From a virus (lineage: Duplodnaviria; Heunggongvirae; Uroviricota; Caudoviricetes): 64,000 bases of DNA. The DNA is taken from positions 297,787-361,786 of the IMG/VR virus record IMGVR_UViG_3300015214_000024, one strand, 5' to 3'. Shown one piece after another: positions 15,293 through 23,117 of the stretch. The position numbers and the translations under genes were made by a program. How positions within the stretch are numbered: position 1 is the stretch's first letter; each line of letters begins with the position of its first letter. The notes below the pieces were generated by a model. It made no database searches. It worked only from the letters and a program-made list of their open reading frames with translations, and was not told the origin of the DNA.

Positions 15293-15388
15293 TGCAGGAA
15301 AGGTGGAATCGAACCACCTTTTATTACGCGCACTGTTAACCTGACGCCTACCCAATAAAAGGTCTGGCGCTACCACCGAGGCCCTGCA
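15293..15388 (-). ncRNA. tRNA-like element (acceptor stem plus T-arm, no normal anticodon arm)
   Basis: TGCAGG/CCTGCA termini; AGGTGG-TTCGATT-CCACCT. Confidence 0.5.
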
Positions 15389-15395
15389 AGTTAAA

Positions 15396-15779
15396 TTATG
15401 GCTTCCTTGAAGAAATAATTTTAACTATGTCATTAGCACCTTTGGAAACACCAATAGATCCTAATATAATAAAAATAACAGTCCAAAATGATTCCGGAAA
15501 CGCTGCCAATGCTTGGGCAAAGGCCAACAACGTTGCTGGATGAAACCACCCAACACAGAACATAATGACTATCATAAAAAATGCAACCGGACGCGGCCAG
15601 CGCATTATACCATCAGCAGCTTTTTCATTACTTATCACGTCACTAATTCCAGAAGTCAAATTCCCAAATTTAGTTTTGACAGATCTGAACCAGCCCCGAA
15701 TTTTTCCTACTTTTTTTGTAGTTTCAGTTACCACAGTTTCTGCGGTAGCTTCAATACTGGTTTCTTGTTCTTTATCCAT
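15396..15779 (-). CDS. holin (GTA 3TM-type)
   Basis: RWPRP motif followed by transmembrane helices and PESFWTV. Confidence 0.7.
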   Translation of the reverse strand: MDKEQETSIEATAETVVTETTKKVGKIRGWFRSVKTKFGNLTSGISDVISNEKAADGIMRWPRPVAFFMIVIMFCVGWFHPATLLAFAQALAAFPESFWTVIFIILGSIGVSKGANDIVKIISSRKP

Positions 15780-15834
15780 TCTTGGATACCTCCATCTGCA
15801 CCATTATTTATGGTTTTGGAGATATCTGGCAAGA

Positions 15835-16416
15835 TTACTTATAAAGAGTTATGATTGATTCAGGCTGATCTAAAAGTGCTGCCACCAATCTAAGTAGTTC
15901 AGATGGATTATATGACAATCCAAGCTGATATGCATTCTCCACGTAGCCTTGTTGCGATGACATAACTGACATAATTTCAGCCTTATCACGCTCATCCATT
16001 TGATTGAGGTGTAATCTAAATATTTCCATCATTGCAACTAACGATGTAGTGAGGCGGCCATCATTGAGACGATCAAAATGATCTTTCATCCTCCTAACAA
16101 CGTCTGATAGTTTTTCAGACGATCGTCCACCCCAGGATTCTTTCAAATATACATCATCTTCCAGCATATTAATTCTAGTGTCAAAATTAGTTTGCTTTGA
16201 CTCCAATCTATATTTTTCATTTATTAGCATTTGGACATCATTTGATAATCTTTGAACTTCTTTTGTTAAATTTTCATTAGCTTCAACTTGTTTATTCATT
16301 AAACTAACCATTTGAAATATTTGGTCGTGCAATTGGAGCACTGATTCACCAAATAAGCTAAGCTGTTCTTCCGTAGAAGGAAGAAGGGGATGAGCATTAT
16401 TATCAACTAAATCCAT
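15835..16416 (-). CDS. coiled-coil hypothetical protein
   Basis: 193-aa ORF. Confidence 0.7.
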   Translation of the reverse strand: MDLVDNNAHPLLPSTEEQLSLFGESVLQLHDQIFQMVSLMNKQVEANENLTKEVQRLSNDVQMLINEKYRLESKQTNFDTRINMLEDDVYLKESWGGRSSEKLSDVVRRMKDHFDRLNDGRLTTSLVAMMEIFRLHLNQMDERDKAEIMSVMSSQQGYVENAYQLGLSYNPSELLRLVAALLDQPESIITLYK

Positions 16417-16419
16417 ATT

Positions 16420-16710
16420 TTACCACTCCATCAAATCTGCTGGAGATTTATTAAGGGCAGTATCTATGACTTCATCATATCCAATCTGACGTCTTATACC
16501 GCGGATATTTTTACTTTTATCTTTAGCTTGTTTAAGGGCAGATTTGATGGACTCAGGATCATTATCGATAGTTTTCATCCTGATACCAAACATAATAGCT
16601 TGAAGCTCAGCCAGGGCATCCAGTTTGCCTGACAGATAATTTATATCACCATCGCCTACCATAGTTATCTCCTTATATGCCAAGCTAACATAGAAAAGTT
16701 TTTCAGTCAA
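16420..16710 (-). CDS. hypothetical protein
   Basis: 96-aa ORF, start uncertain. Confidence 0.6.
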   Translation of the reverse strand: MTEKLFYVSLAYKEITMVGDGDINYLSGKLDALAELQAIMFGIRMKTIDNDPESIKSALKQAKDKSKNIRGIRRQIGYDEVIDTALNKSPADLMEW

Positions 16711-16738
16711 AGAAAAAGCAGCCTAAGCCGCCTTTTCT
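16711..16738 (-). terminator. terminator after tmRNA
   Basis: AGAAAAGGCGGC-TTAG-GCTGCTTTTTCT. Confidence 0.75.
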
Positions 16739-16975
16739 GTTAAATTCTGTTGCTAGGTTTTAACTACCCCGGCAGGCTGCTTACGCAGCAAGAGCCATAA
16801 CTGTATTATCATTGTCAGTTATTTTATTTAGTAACTTGTCTCGAGATTCTTACTTCTTGCACGTCGATCCTGGTTCAGGCCCTAAAAAGGTTTCCAGTAT
16901 TGCCACCGGTTGGTGGACCTGCCGGGTTCCGCCCCCGGGTCCGCTACAGCGTTCATTCACTGTCATCAACTTGTT
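16739..16975 (-). ncRNA. ssrA: circularly permuted two-piece tmRNA
   Basis: acceptor piece ending CAGGTCC-ACCA (16911) precedes a 28-nt spacer and a coding piece starting GGGCCTG (16882); 7-bp stem with G3:U70; tag ORF 16816-16781 DNDNTVMALAA*. Confidence 0.92.
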
Positions 16976-16981
16976 ACAACA

Positions 16982-16989
16982 TATTTATA
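16982..16989 (-). promoter_or_regulatory. T4-type late promoter upstream of tmRNA
   Basis: TATAAATA exact match; TTGACA also 18 nt upstream. Confidence 0.65.
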
Positions 16990-17000
16990 CAACATATCTA

Positions 17001-17448
17001 AATATGCTGTCAAGAACTATCTTCACATTAAGCTTACCTCGCCGGCAAGATTAATCTCAGCAAACAAAGGATTGTCACCCAATGCTAATGTATAAAAATA
17101 GTTCTTGACAGAATATTTAATATGATTGGGCTATAAAGGGATCGTTCGAGGATCCGAATACTAAATGCCCAACCATAATGGTTTATGATAAGCTTACGTT
17201 TCGCCAGTATTTCTACTAACAGTGGCTGAAAGAACACAATTCTCCATACCTAACCTGCTATCAATAAACTGTTAATTTTAGATCCGAAAACATATTAAAG
17301 CCAGGGTTCCGGAAAATAGCTTTATATGCCCACACATTATGAATAATAGATTTACCGTAGGACGGAATCACACCCAACAAAATCGCTTGCAAGCCGATTT
17401 TTGTCCCCTACTCGGTGACGCTTCTGAGGCGCACGATCTAAAATTAGC
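17001..17448. ncRNA. candidate ~450-nt structured ncRNA C
   Basis: no credible ORF; 14-bp and 20-bp long-range inverted repeats plus internal hairpins; strand uncertain. Confidence 0.55.
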
Positions 17449-17450
17449 AT

Positions 17451-18134
17451 TTAATTAATATAAACATCCTTACTAGGAATGTCAACCGGTATTATCTCAT
17501 TGACTATTCCATATTTGGCTGCAAGTGGGGCAGGTACAAAATAGTCAATAGCCATATCATTTGTGCGAAGCAGTAAACGATCGTCAATACCGTACAGCAT
17601 CAAATAGGCCCAATATACTGCCGTAGCTGCTTGATCTGGTTTTTCTTCACCAGTTTTCTCATTTACAAATTTGGCCGAATGATACATAAACATAGAATCT
17701 GAATATGCCATCCGATATATTCCGGCTTGGAATATCATAGTACACGCTGAATAGCACATTGCACGTTTGGGCACTAACGTGGCCATCTGGCGCGTCGCCA
17801 CCAAATTTGCGATTTTGGCAGATGGTTCAAGCTCGCCTCCGGGTGACGCAATAATAACCACTTCAGTTTGCGGCTTCAACGCTGCTTTAAATTTCACATA
17901 AGTGTCTTCACTTATTGGCCCAGAAACAACTATAGCGTGATCGCCATCAACCAATTTAATAATGCTTTGTTCTGTAGAAACGTAATCAAAAGGATTGTAG
18001 TTAACTAACTTCTGTCCACTTTCAGTCAATTCTACTCTACTGGTTTTAAAAAATGGATGGGTTAATCGAAGTTCTCGAATATACATCGTAACAACTGATA
18101 TACACAATAAAGTAATTACGATGTTTTTAAACAT
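17451..18134 (-). CDS. membrane-anchored ClpP/crotonase-fold protein
   Basis: N-terminal TM helix; IASPGG, CYSAC, MYHSA, AAKYGIV. Confidence 0.7.
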   Translation of the reverse strand: MFKNIVITLLCISVVTMYIRELRLTHPFFKTSRVELTESGQKLVNYNPFDYVSTEQSIIKLVDGDHAIVVSGPISEDTYVKFKAALKPQTEVVIIASPGGELEPSAKIANLVATRQMATLVPKRAMCYSACTMIFQAGIYRMAYSDSMFMYHSAKFVNEKTGEEKPDQAATAVYWAYLMLYGIDDRLLLRTNDMAIDYFVPAPLAAKYGIVNEIIPVDIPSKDVYIN

Positions 18135-18138
18135 AACC

Positions 18139-18300
18139 CTACCATTTCCTCATTGGGCAGCCTGCGGCTTTAATTTTAACTTTGAATGGCATTAAACAAC
18201 CGCAGTGTCTACACATTTTTGGTAGCTTTAAATACCATTCACACTTCTCACAAATAGCCAGCCGATCGGCAGCCATCTGAATATCTTTTTTAGTCACCAT
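18139..18300 (-). CDS. 53-aa Cys-rich, probable Zn-binding protein (below ORF-track cutoff)
   Basis: MVTKKDIQMAADRLAICEKCEW...CRHCGCLMPFK...CPMRKW. Confidence 0.75.
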   Translation of the reverse strand: MVTKKDIQMAADRLAICEKCEWYLKLPKMCRHCGCLMPFKVKIKAAGCPMRKW

Positions 18301-18309
18301 CAGATATTA

Positions 18310-18645
18310 TTATCCTTTGGTGAACATTCCGCCTGCTGGTGCTGCGGATGCAGGAACAATTCCTGTAGTGATTTGCGTATAAGCATCTGATATTTCTTTG
18401 CGTGGAGTGGTGCGTGAAATAATTGCAGATCCTGAAAACGTAATAGTCGGCTTATCGTCAGCAGTAACCATAAATGGTGCAGGCATTACACCTTGCTGAG
18501 TCAACATCCAACCAACCGGTGATTTCAATGTAAGACTACCAGCATCGGATGATTGATTGTCTTCAATACGGCCAACAATTTCTTCACCAGTCACAAGCTT
18601 GATGGCTATAAGGTCGCCAGCGCTAGGTTGTTTTTGAATAAGCAT
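18310..18645 (-). CDS. conserved T4-like phage protein (Sm-like fold)
   Basis: IKLVTGEEIVG motif. Confidence 0.7.
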   Translation of the reverse strand: MLIQKQPSAGDLIAIKLVTGEEIVGRIEDNQSSDAGSLTLKSPVGWMLTQQGVMPAPFMVTADDKPTITFSGSAIISRTTPRKEISDAYTQITTGIVPASAAPAGGMFTKG

Positions 18646-18656
18646 ACATTTTTCCT

Positions 18657-19586
18657 TCAAATAGCTAAGGTTAGGTCTAATGGCCTAAATATGGTTTTAG
18701 TATCGTCAATCGATGATTTAATCCAATACTGGCCTTTTTCATTCTTTATAGTTAACACATCCGATCCAATTTGTAAATCAGTTTGTTGTGAATCGGCCAA
18801 TTTATTAGCTGTTCTTTTGATTGTTCGATTCCAACAAGTCTTAGACAAAATGATGCACGTATTTCCTGCTGACAAATGAGGGCGAGTGTCTATCGTACCA
18901 CCTTTATTGTAATATAAACTTTTCTGGTCAGCAGGCAATCCTAAATATTTCCTAAAGTCAAATCCAAATATTTGGTTAAATTCTTCATCTTTAGATAAAA
19001 GCTCATTCGCAAATGCAGTAGTGGCATATTTTGTAACTAAAGGTCTGTTAATATAAAGGAGTTTAAAATTGGATCCAAACGATCCCCACGTTTTATTAAC
19101 TTTTGCTCCTGAATATTTCTCGCGTGAATCAAGTATGGTAGTGTTATTAACGTCCTCAACCATCAAAATATAAGCAATTTTACCATCAACCATACCACTC
19201 ATAATTAATGACATATCATCTTTAATTAAATTGAGTCGGCCTTTATCACTGTTAATGCTCCAGAGCATATTCGCACATAGGTTATGAACTTCTGGTCGTT
19301 CACGTTTGAATTCAATATTTCGCATTCTACCAAGAATTTTTCCAATTGCGTCTTGGCGCTTTCTTCCTCGGTTATATTCCCAACCTACTATTTCACAAAA
19401 AATATGCTCAAAGCTTTCACCATTTTCATTGCTGGCCCGAAAGTGTGACTGATTTGGTTTATTTCTTGGCCGATATTTTGAACATTGTAGACTTTCATCA
19501 ATCCAGCCCAGCATCTGTTCTTTTAAATATTTCTTTGAAGGTTTAAATGTCGTCTTCTTCATTCTCTTTTTTATTTTTTGTTTCAT
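18657..19586 (-). CDS. hypothetical protein, possible PD-(D/E)XK nuclease
   Basis: GESFE...QDA...IEFK spacing; basic. Confidence 0.55.
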   Translation of the reverse strand: MKQKIKKRMKKTTFKPSKKYLKEQMLGWIDESLQCSKYRPRNKPNQSHFRASNENGESFEHIFCEIVGWEYNRGRKRQDAIGKILGRMRNIEFKRERPEVHNLCANMLWSINSDKGRLNLIKDDMSLIMSGMVDGKIAYILMVEDVNNTTILDSREKYSGAKVNKTWGSFGSNFKLLYINRPLVTKYATTAFANELLSKDEEFNQIFGFDFRKYLGLPADQKSLYYNKGGTIDTRPHLSAGNTCIILSKTCWNRTIKRTANKLADSQQTDLQIGSDVLTIKNEKGQYWIKSSIDDTKTIFRPLDLTLAI

Positions 19587-20154
19587 CGTAATTTACTTTA
19601 CATATTGGGCAGAGTAGTTTACGCGAATCGTCGTGGTGGCTATCTCTGAGTTTCTTTATTCTATCAACTTCCAACTCATCCATAAACCGATACTGTCCAT
19701 CGTTTATAAGTTGCAGTTGTGTCTTATCCACTTCGTTTCTAAAGCGGATTGAAACGTAACTTATGACACATTTCACAGGAAGTCGAATTAATTTTCCATC
19801 TTCATCTTTTTTAAAGAAATCTTCCCACTTTGGATCCCACGATTTTCTGTAATCCCCCTCGGGAAAATAATATTCTACTCTATTTTGGGTGATAAAAATA
19901 TCATCAACCATATTGGTGCGAAGATATTCGCCCAAAGATGGAAAATCCTTAAAATAGTCCTCAGACCTGTTATTAGAATACTCAGCACAATAGTGAAACC
20001 ATTCACTTTCGTGCTTTGTCAAAATATGAAGCTGTTCTGGGAAACTTTCCTCCAAACTGTTACCAAAAATCAACCTATGCATAAACGATGCACTTTGATA
20101 CCGCCCATCACCTGGACTATAATATGGATGTGATTCATTATAAATTTCTGGCAT
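19543..20154 (-). CDS. hypothetical protein
   Basis: 203-aa ORF. Confidence 0.7.
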   Translation of the reverse strand: MPEIYNESHPYYSPGDGRYQSASFMHRLIFGNSLEESFPEQLHILTKHESEWFHYCAEYSNNRSEDYFKDFPSLGEYLRTNMVDDIFITQNRVEYYFPEGDYRKSWDPKWEDFFKKDEDGKLIRLPVKCVISYVSIRFRNEVDKTQLQLINDGQYRFMDELEVDRIKKLRDSHHDDSRKLLCPICKVNYDETKNKKENEEDDI

Positions 20155-20160
20155 ATTTCC

Positions 20161-20418
20161 TCACTTCATAAGTGTTGTAAGCGTTTGTGCGTGTTCACGA
20201 ACAGTTTTGGATCTAAATCTAATTGTAAAATCCTTATTGTGACCGAGGTGAACAAACGAATAGTCATCAAAATCAGTATGTTCAACAAAACAGTCAATTT
20301 GATTATCCATCAATACTGACCAAAGATTTTCCCATTGGTCACAAGTTATATTTTTAACTGACCAGCAAATAGCATATTGGGTTAAGCTATCGTGATTTAT
20401 GCGGTTTTCAGTAGCCAT
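20161..20418 (-). CDS. hypothetical protein, resembles the next ORF
   Basis: WSVLMDNQIDC vs WTMLMDANVDC. Confidence 0.7.
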   Translation of the reverse strand: MATENRINHDSLTQYAICWSVKNITCDQWENLWSVLMDNQIDCFVEHTDFDDYSFVHLGHNKDFTIRFRSKTVREHAQTLTTLMK

Positions 20419-20427
20419 CCGGATTCT

Positions 20428-20649
20428 TTACTTGACTATGTTGATCATTGTTTTAACCAACTCTCGTTCGTGGGTAGTTTTAAAAAATATTGAATGGATG
20501 CCATATTGGGTATCAGATAATGATTGAACATAATCCAAATCAGTCACACAGTCAACATTGGCATCCATTAGCATTGTCCAAAAATCTTCAAAAGAAGCCT
20601 TCGGTTGCTGTTGGAGTTGAAGTTCAACAATGTAAGGTGTCAAATTCAT
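20428..20649 (-). CDS. hypothetical protein
   Basis: 73-aa ORF. Confidence 0.7.
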   Translation of the reverse strand: MNLTPYIVELQLQQQPKASFEDFWTMLMDANVDCVTDLDYVQSLSDTQYGIHSIFFKTTHERELVKTMINIVK

Positions 20650-20702
20650 ATAAGATTAATCCCGATACAAGAAAAACTTGTACCGAGATTAGCTTAAATG
20701 AA

Positions 20703-20987
20703 TTATAAAGTCAAGCCGCCGAGATCGCGTCGAATCAAGGATTTTGCAAAATCACTAGCAATCAAATCAGTATATCCACCAATTAATTCACCGTCAATGA
20801 AAATTTGTGGCACCGTCTTTGGCTTATGACCAAGTCGATTTTCAAGATCTTCTAAGACGCCATCAGTGTTAATGTCATAATTTGTATAAAGTAAATTGTT
20901 TGCTTGGAGCCATTTTTTTGCATTTACGCAATACGGGCAGAATGGCTGCTCTCTTGTAAAAATTTCTATTTTCATATCTAACCTCAT
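20703..20987 (-). CDS. glutaredoxin
   Basis: CPYC, TVPQIF, IGGY. Confidence 0.95.
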   Translation of the reverse strand: MRLDMKIEIFTREQPFCPYCVNAKKWLQANNLLYTNYDINTDGVLEDLENRLGHKPKTVPQIFIDGELIGGYTDLIASDFAKSLIRRDLGGLTL

Positions 20988-21205
20988 TGGTAAAATTTAT
21001 GTAAATGTTCGTGGTGTATAATTTCACATTCAATCGATTTTAAGTATTCTTCAGAAAATTTACACCATTTATCAAAATCAGTCTTGTTTAAATCATAAAA
21101 AACGTGTTCTCTTGTAGCATCGTCATATCCACGATATTCAAACAGCAAAGAATTATTTTCATTGAAACATACTGGTATTTCATAAATGTGTTTATGAATA
21201 AACAT
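20984..21205 (-). CDS. hypothetical protein
   Basis: 73-aa ORF in operon. Confidence 0.6.
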   Translation of the reverse strand: MFIHKHIYEIPVCFNENNSLLFEYRGYDDATREHVFYDLNKTDFDKWCKFSEEYLKSIECEIIHHEHLHKFYQ

Positions 21206-21206
21206 T

Positions 21207-21725
21207 CTAATACCTACTACTTAGGTAATCTATATTATAATAATTAAAATATTCCTGCTTTGTCATTTCCTTGAATACATTACTATTATTTAAAACCCGA
21301 GTCATTTCGGAAATAGTCAAATTTAGGAAATCTCCAGACAAAACAATTGTTTGACTATCTTGTATCAAGAATGGCTCACCGTGCTTAATTTCAATATAAG
21401 ATTTAATTGTGGTCCCAGGATATTGTGCAAATATTTGATCATTTTGGTTGTTCCAAGTTCTGACCGTAAACCGATCACTGCGAATTCGGTCTTCAGCAGC
21501 CACTTGTTCGTTGGCTTGCACAATCAAATCATTCAAATATTCTTTTTGATCCTTACCGCCACGGATCTTCAAAATCCCCAATGCTTGTTTAATCCAAGGC
21601 TGTACGCTTAGTGAATTAATATCTTCGTCACTCATTTCAGGCAACTTATCAATTAATTCTTGCAAACGTGGTTTTTTCTTAGCAGTTGCCAAAAGTAAAA
21701 CATCAGGAGTATATTTCGATCTCAT
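21207..21725 (-). CDS. hypothetical protein
   Basis: 172-aa ORF in operon. Confidence 0.7.
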   Translation of the reverse strand: MRSKYTPDVLLLATAKKKPRLQELIDKLPEMSDEDINSLSVQPWIKQALGILKIRGGKDQKEYLNDLIVQANEQVAAEDRIRSDRFTVRTWNNQNDQIFAQYPGTTIKSYIEIKHGEPFLIQDSQTIVLSGDFLNLTISEMTRVLNNSNVFKEMTKQEYFNYYNIDYLSSRY

Positions 21726-21726
21726 A

Positions 21727-21930
21727 TCAAGCCATCATCGCATTTAAAACCTGATCGTCAATGATCTTATATAAACCACTATCGATTAAATCCTGTGTAA
21801 TGATGATCGTTTCCTTATCTCCATCCAGAAATTCAAATTTTGAAGTGCCCCAGGATGCTTGAACACATAAGGCATTCTCCATTTTTCCATTTCTAAATAT
21901 TTTATAGTAACGATCTTTATCACAATTCAC
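21727..21930 (-). CDS. hypothetical protein
   Basis: 67-aa ORF coupled to the nrdB stop. Confidence 0.6.
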   Translation of the reverse strand: MNCDKDRYYKIFRNGKMENALCVQASWGTSKFEFLDGDKETIIITQDLIDSGLYKIIDDQVLNAMMA

Positions 21931-23057
21931 AAGCTAAGACCTTTAAACGTGTCGTCAGTGACATCCTTTTTAATAGCACCAGTTAGGTAGCTGGAGATTT
22001 CAGTTTCCTGCGGAGCAACCTGAACTTCCACATTTCCGCCACCAATCCATTTTACAGTCCATCCTAATGGGTTGTCCACCACATCTTTAAACATTTTCTG
22101 ATATCCAATATTGATCAATCGACGGTTAGTGATATATTCCACATATTCGCAAAGAATTTCATAAGTCAAACCAATCATTGATCCATCTTTAAACAGATAT
22201 TTGGCCCAATTCTTTTCTTGATCAGCTACTTGTCTGAATATCTCAATAACAAGTGGTTCACATTCCTTTTGTATCTTGGCAAAATCTGGATCTTCCTTTG
22301 GGAGCAATTTTAATATTTGCTGAGTAGAAGCTAAGTGAACATTTTCATCGCGAGCAATGAATTTAATTATCTTAGCATTGCCCTCCATTTTCTTTAATTC
22401 AGCAAACGCCCAAGAGCAAGCAAAACTTACATAAAATCGAACACCTTCTAATGCATTGACTGAATTTAAGCACATCCAAAGAGCTTTCTTTAAGTCATAC
22501 ATATTAATATCAATTTCCTGGCCATTAATCATATGCTTACCACAACCAAGCAAATTGTAATAACCAGATAGCCGATTTAATTCATCATAATATTTGGTGA
22601 TGTCTTTAGCGCAGTCGACAATTTCCTGAATATCCAAAATACCATCAAATACTTCACTTGGATTCGGATATAAATTGCGAATAATGTGAGTATATGACCT
22701 TGAATGGATTGATTCAAAGAAACTCCAAACCAAAAACCAATTCTCTAATTCAGGTAGACTGGTTATTGGTAAAAATGACAATACTGGTGCGCGGCCCTGA
22801 ACCGAATCGAGTAAAATTTGTCGACGGATGTTTGAGATGAAAATATGCTTTTCGTGCTCGGAAAGCAGCTTGAAATCTTTTGAGTCTTTGGAGAGATCAA
22901 TTTCGGTCTCTCTCCAAAAGAACCCCATTTGTTTTTCAACCAGCTTCTCAATTTGTGAATATTTTTGAATATCGTAACGAGCAATATTAACTGGCTCTCC
23001 GAAAAAAGAGCTTGAATTCAAATAATTAATCGTTTCAGTCCCAAATGTATGACTCAT
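21927..23057 (-). CDS. nrdB: ribonucleotide reductase class Ia beta subunit
   Basis: FFW, LLDSVQGR, ESIHSRSY, LEGVRFYVSF, RDENVH, VAPQETE. Confidence 0.97.
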   Translation of the reverse strand: MSHTFGTETINYLNSSSFFGEPVNIARYDIQKYSQIEKLVEKQMGFFWRETEIDLSKDSKDFKLLSEHEKHIFISNIRRQILLDSVQGRAPVLSFLPITSLPELENWFLVWSFFESIHSRSYTHIIRNLYPNPSEVFDGILDIQEIVDCAKDITKYYDELNRLSGYYNLLGCGKHMINGQEIDINMYDLKKALWMCLNSVNALEGVRFYVSFACSWAFAELKKMEGNAKIIKFIARDENVHLASTQQILKLLPKEDPDFAKIQKECEPLVIEIFRQVADQEKNWAKYLFKDGSMIGLTYEILCEYVEYITNRRLINIGYQKMFKDVVDNPLGWTVKWIGGGNVEVQVAPQETEISSYLTGAIKKDVTDDTFKGLSL

Positions 23058-23117
23058 TTAATATACCTTATTACTTAAAAAAACATTATAATACAAAATT
23101 ATTTCACAAATCAATTT

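Noticed and set aside
17400-17434. Group II intron starting at GTGCG on the minus strand
   Set aside because: No recognisable domain V/VI, no RT ORF and no interrupted gene.
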